From the human T2T-CHM13v2.0 reference genome, Homo sapiens, in NCBI RefSeq assembly GCF_009914755.1, contig NC_060941.1: a DNA stretch of 64,000 bases. One strand, given 5' to 3'. Positions within the stretch are counted from its first letter, which is position 1; every line of letters starts with the position of its first letter. This document shows, one piece after another, positions 38,160 to 52,430 of the stretch. A program made the translations under genes and the position numbers. The notes beneath the pieces were generated by a model. It saw nothing but the letters and a program-made list of their open reading frames with translations. It searched no databases and was not told the origin of the DNA.

Positions 38160-41100
38160 ACGGAAGCATTCTCACAAAATTCTTTGTGATGTTTGCATTC
38201 AAATCCCAGAGTTGAACCTTCCTTTGATAGTTCAGCTTTGAAACACTCTTTTTGTAGGTTCTGCAGGTGGATATTTGGACCACTCTTTGGCCTTCGTTCG
38301 AAACGGGTACATCTTCAAATAAAATCTAGACAGAAGCCTTCTCAGAAACTTCTCTGTGACGATTGCATTCAACTCAGAGAGTTGAACCCTCCTATGGATA
38401 GAGCAGTTTTGAATCTCTCTTTTTGTGGAATCTGCAAGTGGATATGTGGTCCTCTTTGAAGATGTCTTTGGAAACGGGAATATCTTCACATAAAAACTAA
38501 ACAGAAGCATTCTCAGAAACTTCTCTGTGATGTTTGTGTTCAACTCACAGAGTTTCACGTTGCTTTTCATAGAGCAGATGAGAAACATGCTTTTCGTAGG
38601 GTCTGCAAGTGGACATTTGGAGAGCTTTCAGGCCTGTGGTGGAAAACGAATTATCGTCACGTAAAAACTAGAGAGAAGCATTGTCAGAAACTTGTTTGTG
38701 ATGACTGCATTCAACTCACAGAGTTGAAGGTTCCTTTTCAAACAGCAGTTTCCAAACACTCTTTCTGTGGCATCTGCAAGTGGATGTTTGGGCCTCTTTG
38801 AAGATTTCGTTGGAAACGGGATAATCTTCACAGAAAAGCTAAACAGAAGCATGCTCAGAAACTTCTTTGTGATGTTTGCTTTCAACTCACAGAGTTGAAC
38901 TTTCCTTTTGAGAGAGAAGCTTTGAAACACTCTTTTTCTAGAATCTGCAAGTGGATATTTGGAGGGCTTTGAGGCCTGAGGTGGAACAGGAATTATCTTC
39001 CCGTAAGAACTAGATAGATGCATTCTCAGAAACTATTTTGTGACGATTGCATTCAAGTCACAGAAGTGAACATTCCCTTTCAGAGAACACTTTGGAAACT
39101 CTCGTTGTGTAGAATCTACAAGTGGAGATATGGACCGCTTTGAGGCCTATGGTAGTAAAGGAAACAGCTTCATATAAAAACTAGACAGCAGCATTCTCAG
39201 AAAACTCTTTGTGACGACTGAGTTTAACTCACAGGGCTGAACATTCCTTTGGATGGAGCAGTTTGGAAACACACTATCTGTAGGATCTGCAAGCGGATAC
39301 TTGGGCCTCCCTGAGGATTTCGTTGGAAACGGGATAAACCGCACAGAACTAAACAGAAGCATTCTCAGAGCCTTCTTCGTGATGTTTGCATTCAACCCAC
39401 AGTGTTGAACCTTTCTTTGATAGTTCAGGTTTGAAACACTCTTTTTGTAGAAACTGCAAGTGGATAACTGCACTTCTTTGAGGCCTATCGTAGTAAAGGA
39501 AATAACTTCCTATAAAAACAAGACAGAGGCTTTCTCAGAAAATTCTCTGGAATGATTGAGTTGAACTCACAGAGCAGTACTTTCCTTGGGATGGAGTAGT
39601 TTCGAAACACACTTTCTGTAGAATCTGCAAGTGGATATTTGGACCTGTCTGAGGAATTCGTTGCAAACGGGATAATTTCAGCTAAGTAAACAGAAGCAGT
39701 CTCAGAATCTTCTTGTGATGTTTGCATTCAAATCTCAGAATTGAACCTTCCTTTGAAAGTTCAGGTTGGAAACACTCTTTTTGCAGGATCTACAAGTGGA
39801 TATTCGGACCACTCTGTGGACTTCGTTCGAAACGGGTATATCTTCACATAACATCTAGACAGAAGCATTCTCAGAAACTTTTCTGTGATGACTGCATTCA
39901 ACTCACAGAGTTGAACACTCCTTTTGAGAGCGCAGTTTTGACACTCTCTTTCTCTGGAATCTGCAAGGGGACATGCAGACCTCTTTGAAGGTTTCGTTGG
40001 AAACGGAATCATCTTCACATAAAAATTACACGGAAGCATCCTCAGGAACTCCTTGGTGATGTTTGTATTCAACTTCCAGAGTTGAACTTTCCTTCGGAAA
40101 GAGCAGCTATGAAACACTCTTTTTCTAGAATCTGCAAGTGGACATTGGGAGGGCTGTGAGGTTTGTGGTGGAAAAGGAAATATCTCCACATAAATACTAG
40201 ATAGAAGCCTTCTCAGAAACTACTTTGTGATGACTGCATTCACCTCACGGAGTGGAGCATTCCTATTGACAGAGCAGTTTGGAAACACTCTTCTTGTAGA
40301 ATCGGCTAGTGGAGAGTTGGAGCGCTTTGACGCCTATGGTAGTAAAGGGAAGAGCTTCACATAAAATCTAGACAGAAGCATTCTCAGAAAATACTTTGTG
40401 ATGATTGAGTTTAACACACAGAGCTGAACATTCCTTTGGATGGAGAAGGTTTGAAACACACTTTCTGTAGAATCTGCGAGTGGATATTTGGACCTCTCTG
40501 AGGATTTCGTTGGAAACGGGATAACTGCAGCTAACTAAACGGAAGCATTCTCACAAAATTCTTTGTGATGTTTGCATTCAAATCCCAGAGTTGAACCTTC
40601 CTTTGATAGTTCAGCTTTGAAACACTCTTTTTGTAGGTTCTGCAGGTGGATATTTGGACCACTCTTTGGCCTTCGTTCGAAACGGGTACATCTTCAAATA
40701 AAATCTAGACAGAAGCCTTCTCAGAAACTTCTCTGTGACGATTGCATTCAACTCAGAGAGTTGAACCCTCCTATGGATAGAGCAGTTTTGAATCTCTCTT
40801 TTTGTGGAATCTGCAAGTGGATATGTGGTCCTCTTTGAAGATGTCTTTGGAAACGGGAATATCTTCACATAAAAACTAAACAGAAGCATTCTCAGAAACT
40901 TCTCTGTGATGTTTGTGTTCAACTCACAGAGTTTCACGTTGCTTTTCATAGAGCAGGTGAGAAACATGCTTTTCGTAGGGTCTGCAAGTGGACATTTGGA
41001 GAGCTTTCAGGCTGTGGTGGAAAACGAATTATCGTCACGTAAAAACTAGAGAGAAGCATTGTCAGAAACTTGTTTGTGATGACTGCATTCAACTCACAGA

Positions 41101-44100
41101 GTTGAAGGTTCCTTTTCAAACAGCAGTTTCCAAACACTCTTTCTGTGGCATCTGCAAGTGGATGTTTGGGCCTCTTTGAAGATTTCGTTGGAAACGGGAT
41201 AATCTTCACAGAAAAGTTAAACAGAAGCATGCTCAGAAACTTCTTTGTGATGTTTGCTTTCAACTCACAGAGTTGAACTTTCCTTTTGAGAGAGAAGCTT
41301 TGAAACACTCTTTTTCGAGAATCTGCAAGTGGATATTTGGAGGGCTTTGAGGCCTGAGGTGGAACAGGAATTATCTTCCCGTAAGAACTAGATAGATGCA
41401 TTCTCAGAAACTACTTTGTGACGATTGCATTCAAGTCACAGAGGTGAACATTCCCTTTCAGAGAGCACTTTGGAAACTCTCGTTGTGTAGAATCTGCAAG
41501 TGGAGATATGGACCGCTTTGAGGCCTATGGTAGTAAAGGAAACAGCTTCATTTAAAAATTAGACAGCAGCATTCTCAGAAAACTCTTTGTGACGACTGAG
41601 TTTAACTCACAGGGCTGAACATTCCTTTGGATGGAGCAGTTTGGAAACACACTATCTGTAGGATCTGCAAGCGGATACTTGGGCCTCCCTGAGGATTTCG
41701 TTGGAAACGGGATAAACCGCACAGAACTAAACAGAAGCATTCTCAGAACCTTCTTCGTGATGTTTGCATTCAACCCACAGTGTTGAACCTTTCTTTGATA
41801 GTTCACGTTTGAAACACTCTTTTTGTAGAAACTGCAAGTGGATAACTGCACTTCTTTGAGGCCTATCGTAGTAAAGGAAATAACTTCCTATAAAAACAAG
41901 ACAGAAGCTTTCTCAGAAAATTCTCTGGGATGATTGAGTTGAACACACAGAGCAGTACTTTCCTTGGAATGGAGTAGTTTCGAAACACACTTTCTGTAGA
42001 ATCTGCAAGTGGATATTTGGACCTGTCTGAGGAATTCGTTGCAAACGGGATAATTTCAGCTAAGTAAACAGAAGCAGTCTCAGAATCTTCTTGTGATGTT
42101 TGCATTCAAATCCCAGAATGGAACCTTCCTTTGAAAGTTCAGGTTGGAAACACTCTTTTTGCTGGATCTACAAGTGGATATTCGGACCACTCTGTGGACT
42201 TCGTTCGAAACGGGTATACCTTCACATAACATCTAGACAGAAGCATTCTCAGAAACTTTTCTGTGATGACTGCATTCAACTCACAGAGTTGAACTCTCCT
42301 TTTGAGAGCGCAGTTTTGAAACTCTCTTTCTCTGGAATCTGCAAGGGGACATGCAGACCTCTTTGAAGGTTTCGTTGGAAACGGAATCATCTTCACATAA
42401 AAATTACACAGAAGCATCCTCAGGAACTCCTTGGTGATGTTTGTATTCAACTTCCAGAGTTGAACTTTCCTTCGGAAAGAGCAGCTATGAAACACTCTTT
42501 TTCTAGAATCTGCAAGTGGACATTGGGAGGGCTGTGAGGTTTGTGGTGGAAAAGGAAATATCTCCACATAAATACTAGATAGAAGCCTTCTCAGAAACTA
42601 CTTTGTGATGATTGCATTCACCTCACGGAGTGGAGCATTCCTATTGACAGAGCAGTTTGGAAACACTCTTCTTGTAGAATCGGCTAGTGGAGATTTGGAG
42701 CGCTTTGAGGCCTATGGTAGTAAAGGGAAGAGCTTCACATAAAATCTAGACAGAAGCATTCTCAGAAAATACTTTGTGATGATTGAGTTTAACACACAGA
42801 GCTGAACATTCCTTTGGATGGAGAGGGTTTGAAACACACTTTCTGTAGAAATGCGAGTGGATATTTGGACCTCTCTGAGGATTTCGTTGGAAACGGGATA
42901 ACTGCACCTAACTAAACGGAAGCATTCTCACAAAATTCTTTGTGATGTTTGCGTTCAAATCCCAGAGTTGAACCTTCCTTTGATAGTTCAGCTTTGAAAC
43001 ACTCTTTTTGTAGGTTCTGCAGGTGGATATTTGGACCACTCTTTGGCCTTCGTTCGAAACGGGTACATCTTCAAATAAAATCTAGACAGAAGCCTTCTCA
43101 GAAACTTCTCTGTGACGATTGCATTCAACTCAAAGCGTTGAACCCTCCTATGGATAGAGCAGTTTTGAATCTCTCTTTTTGTGGAATCTGCAAGTGGATA
43201 TGTGGTCCTCTTTGAAGATGTCTTTGGAAACGGGAATATCTTCACATAAAAACTAAACAGAAGCATTCTCAGAAACTTCTCTGTGATGTTTGTGTTCAAC
43301 TCACAGAGTTTCACGTTGCTTTTCATAGAGCAGGTGAGAAACATGCTTTTCGTAGGGTCTGCAAGTGGACATTTGGAGAGCTTTCAGGCCTGTGGTGGAA
43401 AACGAATTATCGTCACGTAAAAACTAGAGAGAAGCATTGTCAGAAACTTGTTTGTGATGACTGCATTCAACTCACAGAGTTGAAGGTTCCTTTTCAAACA
43501 GCAGTTTCCAAACACTCTTTCTGTGGCATCTGCAAGTGGATGTTTGGGCCTCTTTGAAGATTTCGTTGGAAACGGGATAATCTTCACAGAAAAGCTAAAC
43601 AGAAGCATGCTCAGAAACTTCTTTGTGATGTTTGCTTTCAACTCACAGAGTTGAACTTTCCTTTTGAGAGAGAAGCTTTGAAACACTCTTTTTCTAGAAT
43701 CTGCAAGTGGATATTTGGAGGGCTTTGAGGCCTGAGGTGGAACAGGAATTATCTTCCCGTAAGAACTAGATAGATGCATTCTCAGAAACTACTTTGTGAC
43801 GATTGCATTCAAGTCACAGAGGTGAACATTCCCTTTCAGAGAGCACTTTGGAAACTCTCGTTGTGTAGAATCTGCAAGTGGAGATATGGACCGCTTTGAG
43901 GCCTATGGTAGTAAAGGAAACAGCTTCATATAAAAACTAGACAGCAGCATTCTCAGAAAACTCTTTATGACGACTGAGTTTAACTCACAGGGCTGAACAT
44001 TCCTTTGGATGGAGCAGTTTGGAAACACACTATCTGTAGGATCTGCAAGCGGATACTTGGGCCTCCCTGAGGATTTCGTTGGAAACGGGATAAACCGCAC

Positions 44101-47100
44101 AGAACTAAACAGAAGCATTCTCAGAGCCTTCTTCGTGATGTTTGCATTCAACCCACAGTGTTGAACCTTTCTTTGATAGTTCAGGTTTGAAACACTCTTT
44201 TTGTAGAAACTGCAAGTGGATAACTGCACTTCTTTGAGGCCTATCGTAGTAAAGGAAATAACTTCCTATAAAAACAAGACAGAAGCTTTCTCAGAAAATT
44301 CTCTGGGATGATTGAGTTGAACTCACAGAGCAGTACTTTCCTTGGGATGGAGTAGTTTCGAAACACACTTTCTGTAGAATCTGCAAGTGGATATTTGGAC
44401 CTCTCTGAGGAATTCGTTGCAAACGGGATAATTTCAGCTAAGTAAACAGAAGCAGTCTCAGAATCTTCTTGTGATGTTTGCATTCAAATCCCAGAATTGA
44501 ACCTTCCTTTGAAAGTTCAGGTTGGAAACACTCTTTTTGCAGGATCTACAAGTGGATATTCGGACCACTCTGTGGACTTCGTTCGAAACGGGTATATCTT
44601 CACATAACATCTAGACAGAAGCATTCTCAGAAACTTTTCTGTGATGACTGCATTCAACTCACAGAGTTGAACACTCCTTTTGAGAGCGCAGTTTTGAAAC
44701 TCTCTTTCTCTGGAATCTGCAAGGGGACATGCAGACCTCTTTGAAGGTTTCGTTGGAAACGGAATCATCTTCACATAAAAATTACACGGAAGCATCCTCA
44801 GGAACTCCTTGGTGATGTTTGTATTCAACTTCCAGAGTTGAACTTTCCTTCGGAAAGAGCAGCTATGAAACACTCTTTTTCTAGAATCTGCAAGTGGACA
44901 TTGGGAGGGCTGTGAGGTTTGTGGTGGAAAAGGAAATATCTCCACATAAATACTAGATAGAAGCCTTCTCAGAAACTACTTTGTGATGACTGCATTCACC
45001 TCACGGAGTGGAGCATTCCTATTGACAGAGCAGTTTGGAAACACTCTTCTTGTAGAATCGGCTAGTGGAGATTTGGAGCGCTTTGAGGCCTATGGTAGTA
45101 AAGGGAAGAGCTTCACATAAAATCTAGACAGAAGCATTCTCAGAAAATACTTTGTGATGATTGAGTTTAACACACAGAGCTGAACATTCCTTTGGATGGA
45201 GAAGGTTTGAAACACACTTTCTGTAGAATCTGCGAGTGGATATTTGGACCTCTCTGAGGATTTCGTTGGAAACGGGATAACTGCAGCTAACTAAACGGAA
45301 GCATTCTCACAAAATTCTTTGTGATGTTTGCATTCAAATCCCAGAGTTGAACCTTCCTTTGATAGTTCAGCTTTGAAACACTCTTTTTGTAGGTTCTGCA
45401 GGTGGATATTTGGACCACTCTTTGGCCTTCGTTCGAAACGGGTACATCTTCAAATAAAATCTAGACAGAAGCCTTCTCAGAAACTTCTCTGTGACGATTG
45501 CATTCAACTCAGAGAGTTGAACCCTCCTATGGATAGAGCAGTTTTGAATCTCTCTTTTTGTGGAATCTGCAAGTGGATATGTGGTCCTCTTTGAAGATGT
45601 CTTTGGAAACGGGAATATCTTCACATAAAAACTAAACAGAAGCATTCTCAGAAACTTCTCTGTGATGTTTGTGTTCAACTCACAGAGTTTCACGTTGCTT
45701 TTCATAGAGCAGATGAGAAACATGCTTTTCGTAGGGTCTGCAAGTGGACATTTGGAGAGCTTTCAGGCCTGTGGTGGAAAACGAATTATCGTCACGTAAA
45801 AACTAGAGAGAAGCATTGTCAGAAACTTGTTTGTGATGACTGCATTCAACTCACAGAGTTGAAGGTTCCTTTTCAAACAGCAGTTTCCAAACACTCTTTC
45901 TGTGGCATCTGCAAGTGGATGTTTGGGCCTCTTTGAAGATTTCGTTGGAAACGGGATAATCTTCACAGAAAAGCTAAACAGAAGCATGCTCAGAAACTTC
46001 TTTGTGATGTTTGCTTTCAACTCACAGAGTTGAACTTTCCTTTTGAGAGAGAAGCTTTGAAACACTCTTTTTCTAGAATCTGCAAGTGGATATTTGGAGG
46101 GCTTTGAGGCCTGAGGTGGAACAGGAATTATCTTCCCGTAAGAACTAGATAGATGCATTCTCAGAAACTATTTTGTGACGATTGCATTCAAGTCACAGAG
46201 GTGAACATTCCCTTTCAGAGAACACTTTGGAAACTCTCGTTGTGTAGAATCTACAAGTGGAGATATGGACCGCTTTGAGGCCTATGGTAGTAAAGGAAAC
46301 AGCTTCATATAAAAACTAGACAGCAGCATTCTCAGAAAACTCTTTGTGACGACTGAGTTTAACTCACAGGGCTGAACATTCCTTTGGATGGAGCAGTTTG
46401 GAAACACACTATCTGTAGGATCTGCAAGCGGATACTTGGGCCTCCCTGAGGATTTCGTTGGAAACGGGATAAACCGCACAGAACTAAACAGAAGCATTCT
46501 CAGAGCCTTCTTCGTGATGTTTGCATTCAACCCACAGTGTTGAACCTTTCTTTGATAGTTCAGGTTTGAAACACTCTTTTTGTAGAAACTGCAAGTGGAT
46601 AACTGCACTTCTTTGAGGCCTATCGTAGTAAAGGAAATAACTTCCTATAAAAACAAGACAGAGGCTTTCTCAGAAAATTCTCTGGAATGATTGAGTTGAA
46701 CTCACAGAGCAGTACTTTCCTTGGGATGGAGTAGTTTCGAAACACACTTTCTGTAGAATCTGCAAGTGGATATTTGGACCTGTCTGAGGAATTCGTTGCA
46801 AACGGGATAATTTCAGCTAAGTAAACAGAAGCAGTCTCAGAATCTTCTTGTGATGTTTGCATTCAAATCCCAGAATTGAACCTTCCTTTGAAAGTTCAGG
46901 TTGGAAACACTCTTTTTGCAGGATCTACAAGTGGATATTCGGACCACTCTGTGGACTTCGTTCGAAACGGGTATATCTTCACATAACATCTAGACAGAAG
47001 CATTCTCAGAAACTTTTCTGTGATGACTGCATTCAACTCACAGAGTTGAACACTCCTTTTGAGAGCGCAGTTTTGACACTCTCTTTCTCTGGAATCTGCA

Positions 47101-50100
47101 AGGGGACATGCAGACCTCTTTGAAGGTTTCGTTGGAAACGGAATCATCTTCACATAAAAATTACACGGAAGCATCCTCAGGAACTCCTTGGTGATGTTTG
47201 TATTCAACTTCCAGAGTTGAACTTTCCTTCGGAAAGAGCAGCTATGAAACACTCTTTTTCTAGAATCTGCAAGTGGACATTGGGAGGGCTGTGAGGTTTG
47301 TGGTGGAAAAGGAAATATCTCCACATAAATACTAGATAGAAGCCTTCTCAGAAACTACTTTGTGATGACTGCATTCACCTCACGGAGTGGAGCATTCCTA
47401 TTGACAGAGCAGTTTGGAAACACTCTTCTTGTAGAATCGGCTAGTGGAGAGTTGGAGCGCTTTGAGGCCTATGGTAGTAAAGGGAAGAGCTTCACATAAA
47501 ATCTAGACAGAAGCATTCTCAGAAAATACTTTGTGATGATTGAGTTTAACACACAGAGCTGAACATTCCTTTGGATGGAGAAGGTTTGAAACACACTTTC
47601 TGTAGAATCTGCGAGTGGATATTTGGACCTCTCTGAGGATTTCGTTGGAAACGGGATAACTGCAGCTAACTAAACGGAAGCATTCTCACAAAATTCTTTG
47701 TGATGTTTGCATTCAAATCCCAGAGTTGAACCTTCCTTTGATAGTTCAGCTTTGAAACACTCTTTTTGTAGGTTCTGCAGGTGGATATTTGGACCACTCT
47801 TTGGCCTTCGTTCGAAACGGGTACATCTTCAAATAAAATCTAGACAGAAGCCGTCTCAGAAACTTCTCTGTGACGATTGCATTCAACTCAGAGAGTTGAA
47901 CCCTCCTATGGATAGAGCAGTTTTGAATCTCTCTTTTTTTGGAATCTGCAAGTGGATATGTGGTCCTCTTTGAAGATGTCTTTGGAAACGGGAATATCTT
48001 CACATAAAAACTAAACAGAAGCATTCTCAGAAACTTCTCTGTGATGTTTGTGTTCAACTCACAGAGTTTCACGTTGCTTTTCATAGAGCAGGTGAGAAAC
48101 ATGCTTTTCGTAGGGTCTGCAAGTGGACATTTGGAGAGCTTTCAGGCTGTGGTGGAAAACGAATTATCGTCACGTAAAAACTAGAGAGAAGCATTGTCAG
48201 AAACTTGTTTCTGATGACTGCATTCAACTCACAGAGTTGAAGGTTCCTTTTCAAACAGCAGTTTCCAAACACTCTTTCTGTGGCATCTGCAAGTGGATGT
48301 TTGGGCCTCTTTGAAGATTTCGTTGGAAACGGGATAATCTTCACAGAAAAGTTAAACAGAAGCATGCTCAGAAACTTCTTTGTGATGTTTGCTTTCAACT
48401 CACAGAGTTGAACTTTCCTTTTGAGAGAGAAGCTTTGAAACACTCTTTTTCGAGAATCTGCAAGTGGATATTTGGAGGGCTTTGAGGCCTGAGGTGGAAC
48501 AGGAATTATCTTCCCGTAAGAACTAGATAGATGCATTCTCAGAAACTACTTTGTGACGATTGCATTCAAGTCACAGAGGTGAACATTCCCTTTCAGAGAG
48601 CACTTTGGAAACTCTCGTTGTGTAGAATCTGCAAGTGGAGATATGGACCGCTTTGAGGCCTATGGTATTAAAGGAAACAGCTTCATTTAAAAATTAGACA
48701 GCAGCATTCTCAGAAAACTCTTTGTGACGACTGAGTTTAACTCACAGGGCTGAACATTCCTTTGGATGGAGCAGTTTGGAAACACACTATCTGTAGGATC
48801 TGCAAGCGGATACTTGGGCCTCCCTGAGGATTTCGTTGGAAACGGGATAAACCGCACAGAACTAAACAGAAGCATTCTCAGAACCTTCTTCGTGATGTTT
48901 GCATTCAACCCACAGTGTTGAACCTTTCTTTGATAGTTCACGTTTGAAACACTCTTTTTGTAGAAACTGCAAGTGGATAACTGCACTTCTTTGAGGCCTA
49001 TCGTAGTAAAGGAAATAACTTCCTATAAAAACAAGACAGAAGCTTTCTCAGAAAATTCTCTGGGATGATTGAGTTGAACACACAGAGCAGTACTTTCCTT
49101 GGAATGGAGTAGTTTCGAAACACACTTTCTGTAGAATCTGCAAGTGGATATTTGGACCTGTCTGAGGAATTCGTTGCAAACGGGATAATTTCAGCTAAGT
49201 AAACAGAAGCAGTCTCAGAATCTTCTTGTGATGTTTGCATTCAAATCCCAGAATGGAACCTTCCTTTGAAAGTTCAGGTTGGAAACACTCTTTTTGCTGG
49301 ATCTACAAGTGGATATTCGGACCACTCTGTGGACTTCGTTCGAAACGGGTATACCTTCACATAACATCTAGACAGAAGCATTCTCAGAAACTTTTCTGTG
49401 ATGACTGCATTCAACTCACAGAGTTGAACTCTCCTTTTGAGAGCGCAGTTTTGAAACTCTCTTTCTCTGGAATCTGCAAGGGGACATGCAGACCTCTTTG
49501 AAGGTTTCGTTGGAAACGGAATCATCTTCACATAAAAATTACACAGAAGCATCCTCAGGAACTCCTTGGTGATGTTTGTATTCAACTTCCAGAGTTGAAC
49601 TTTCCTTCGGAAAGAGCAGCTATGAAACACTCTTTTTCTAGAATCTGCAAGTGGACATTGGGAGGGCTGTGAGGTTTGTGGTGGAAAAGGAAATATCTCC
49701 ACATAAATACTAGATAGAAGCCTTCTCAGAAACTACTTTGTGATGATTGCATTCACCTCACGGAGTGGAGCATTCCTATTGACAGAGCAGTTTGGAAACA
49801 CTCTTGTTGTAGAATCGGCTAGTGGAGAGTTGGAGCGCTTTGAGGCCTATGGTAGTAAAGGGAAGAGCTTCACATAAAATCTAGACAGAAGCATTCTCAG
49901 AAAATACTTTGTGATGATTGAGTTTAACACACAGAGCTGAACATTCCTTTGGATGGAGAGGGTTTGAAATACACTTTCTGTAGAAATGCGAGTGGATATT
50001 TGGACCTCTCTGAGGATTTCGTTGGAAACGGGATAACTGCACCTAACTAAACGGAAGCATTCTCACAAAATTCTTTGTGATGTTTGCATTCAAATCCCAG

Positions 50101-52430
50101 AGTTGAACCTTCCTTTGATAGTTCAGCTTTGAAACACTCTTTTTGTAGGTTCTGCAGGTGGATATTTGGACCACTCTTTGGCCTTCGTTCGAAACGGGTA
50201 CATCTTCAAATAAAATCTAGACAGAAGCCTTCTCAGAAACTTCTCTGTGACGATTGCATTCAACTCAAAGCGTTGAACCCTCCTATGGATACAGCAGTTT
50301 TGAATCTCTCTTTTTGTGGAATCTGCAAGTGGATATGTGGTCCTCTTTGAAGATGTCTTTGGAAACGGGAATATCTTCACATAAAAACTAAACAGAAGCA
50401 TTCTCAGAAACTTCTCTGTGATGTTTGTGTTCAACTCACAGAGTTTCACGTTGCTTTTCATAGAGCAGGTGAGAAACATGCTTTTCGTAGGGTCTGCAAG
50501 TGGACATTTGGAGAGCTTTCAGGCCTGTGGTGGAAAACGAATTATCGTCACGTAAAAACTAGAGAGAAGCATTGTCAGAAACTTGTTTGTGATGACTGCA
50601 TTCAACTCACAGAGTTGAAGGTTCCTTTTCAAACAGCAGTTTCCAAACACTCTTTCTGTGGCATCTGCAAGTGGATGTTTGGGCCTCTTTGAAGATTTCG
50701 TTGGAAACGGGATAATCTTCACAGAAAAGCTAAACAGAAGCATGCTCAGAAACTTCTTTGTGATGTTTGCTTTCAACTCACAGAGTTGGACTTTCCTTTT
50801 GAGAGAGAAGCTTTGAAACACTCTTTTTCTAGAATCTGCAAGTGGATATTTGGAGGGCTTTGAGGCCTGAGGTGGAACAGGAATTATCTTCCCGTAAGAA
50901 CTAGATAGATGCATTCTCGGAAACTACTTTGTGACGATTGCATTCAAGTCACAGAGGTGAACATTCCCTTTCAGAGAGCACTTTGGAAACTCTCGTTGTG
51001 TAGAATCTGCAAGTGGAGATATGGACCGCTTTGAGGCCTATGGTAGTAAAGGAAACAGCTTCATATAAAAACTAGACAGCAGCATTCTCAGAAAACTCTT
51101 TGTGACGACTGAGTTTAACTCACAGGGCTGAACATTCCTTTGGATGGAGCAGTTTGGAAACACACTATCTGTAGGATCTGCAAGCGGATACTTGGGCCTC
51201 CCTGAGGATTTCGTTGGAAACGGGATAAACCGCACAGAACTAAACAGAAGCATTCTCAGAGGCTTCTTCGTGATGTTTGCATTCAACCCACAGTGTTGAA
51301 CCTTTCTTTGATAGTTCACGTTTGAAACACTCTTTTTGTAGAAACTGCAAGTGGATAACTGCACTTCTTTGAGGCCTATCGTAGTAAAGGAAATAACTTC
51401 CTATAAAAACAAGACAGAAGCTTTCTCAGAAAATTCTCTGGGATGATTGAGTTGAACTCACAGAGCAGTACTTTCCTTGGGATGGAGTAGTTTCGAAACA
51501 CACTTTCTGTAGAATCTGCAAGTGGATATTTGGACCTGTCTGAGGAATTCGTTGCAAACGGGATAATTTCAGCTAAGTAAACAGAAGCAGTCTCAGAATC
51601 TTCTTGTGATGTTTGCATTCAAATCCCAGAATGGAACCTTCCTTTGAAAGTTCAGGTTGGAAACACTCTTTTTGCAGGATCTACAAGTGGATATTCGGAC
51701 CACTCTGTGGACTTCGTTCGAAACGGGTATATCTTCACATAACATCTAGACAGAAGCATTCTCAGAAACTTTTCTGTGATGACTGCATTCAACTCACAGA
51801 GTTCAACACTCCTTTTGAGAGCGCAGTTTTGAAACTCTCTTTCTCTGGAATCTGCAAGGGGACATGCAGACCTCTTTGAAGGTTTCGTTGGAAACGGAAT
51901 CATCTTCACATAAAAATTACACGGAAGCATCCTCAGGAACTCCTTGGTGATGTTTGTATTCAACTTCCAGAGTTGAACTTTCCTTCGGAAAGAGCAGCTA
52001 TGAAACACTCTTTTTCTAGAATCTGCAAGTGGACATTGGGAGGGCTGTGAGGTTTGTGGTGGAAAAGGAAATATCTCCACATAAATACTAGATAGAAGCC
52101 TTCTCAGAAACTACTTTGTGATGACTGCATTCACCTCACGGAGTGGAGCATTCCTATTGACAGAGCAGTTTGGAAACACTCTTCTTGTAGAATCGGCTAG
52201 TGGAGATTTGGAGCGCTTTGAGGCCTATGGTAGTAAAGGGAAGAGCTTCACATAAAATCTAGACAGAAGCATTCTCAGAAAATACTTTGTGATGATTGAG
52301 TTTAACACACAGAGCTGAACATTCCTTTGGATGGAGAAGGTTTGAAACACACTTTCTGTAGAATCTGCGAGTGGATATTTGGACCTCTCTGAGGATTTCG
52401 TTGGAAACGGGATAACTGCAGCTAACTAAA
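38160..52430 (+). repeat. Three-HOR (7,135 bp) tandem duplication; boundaries approximate
   Basis: Two 1-bp deletions recur at +7135: CAGG-CTGTGG 41012/48147 and GTAGAAATGCG ~42851/49986. SNVs also pair: GCAGGTGAG ~40956/48091 and ~43333/50468, TTTAAAAATTAG ~41551/48687, GCTGGATC ~42161/49296, GGTATACC ~42218/49353. Confidence 0.92.
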
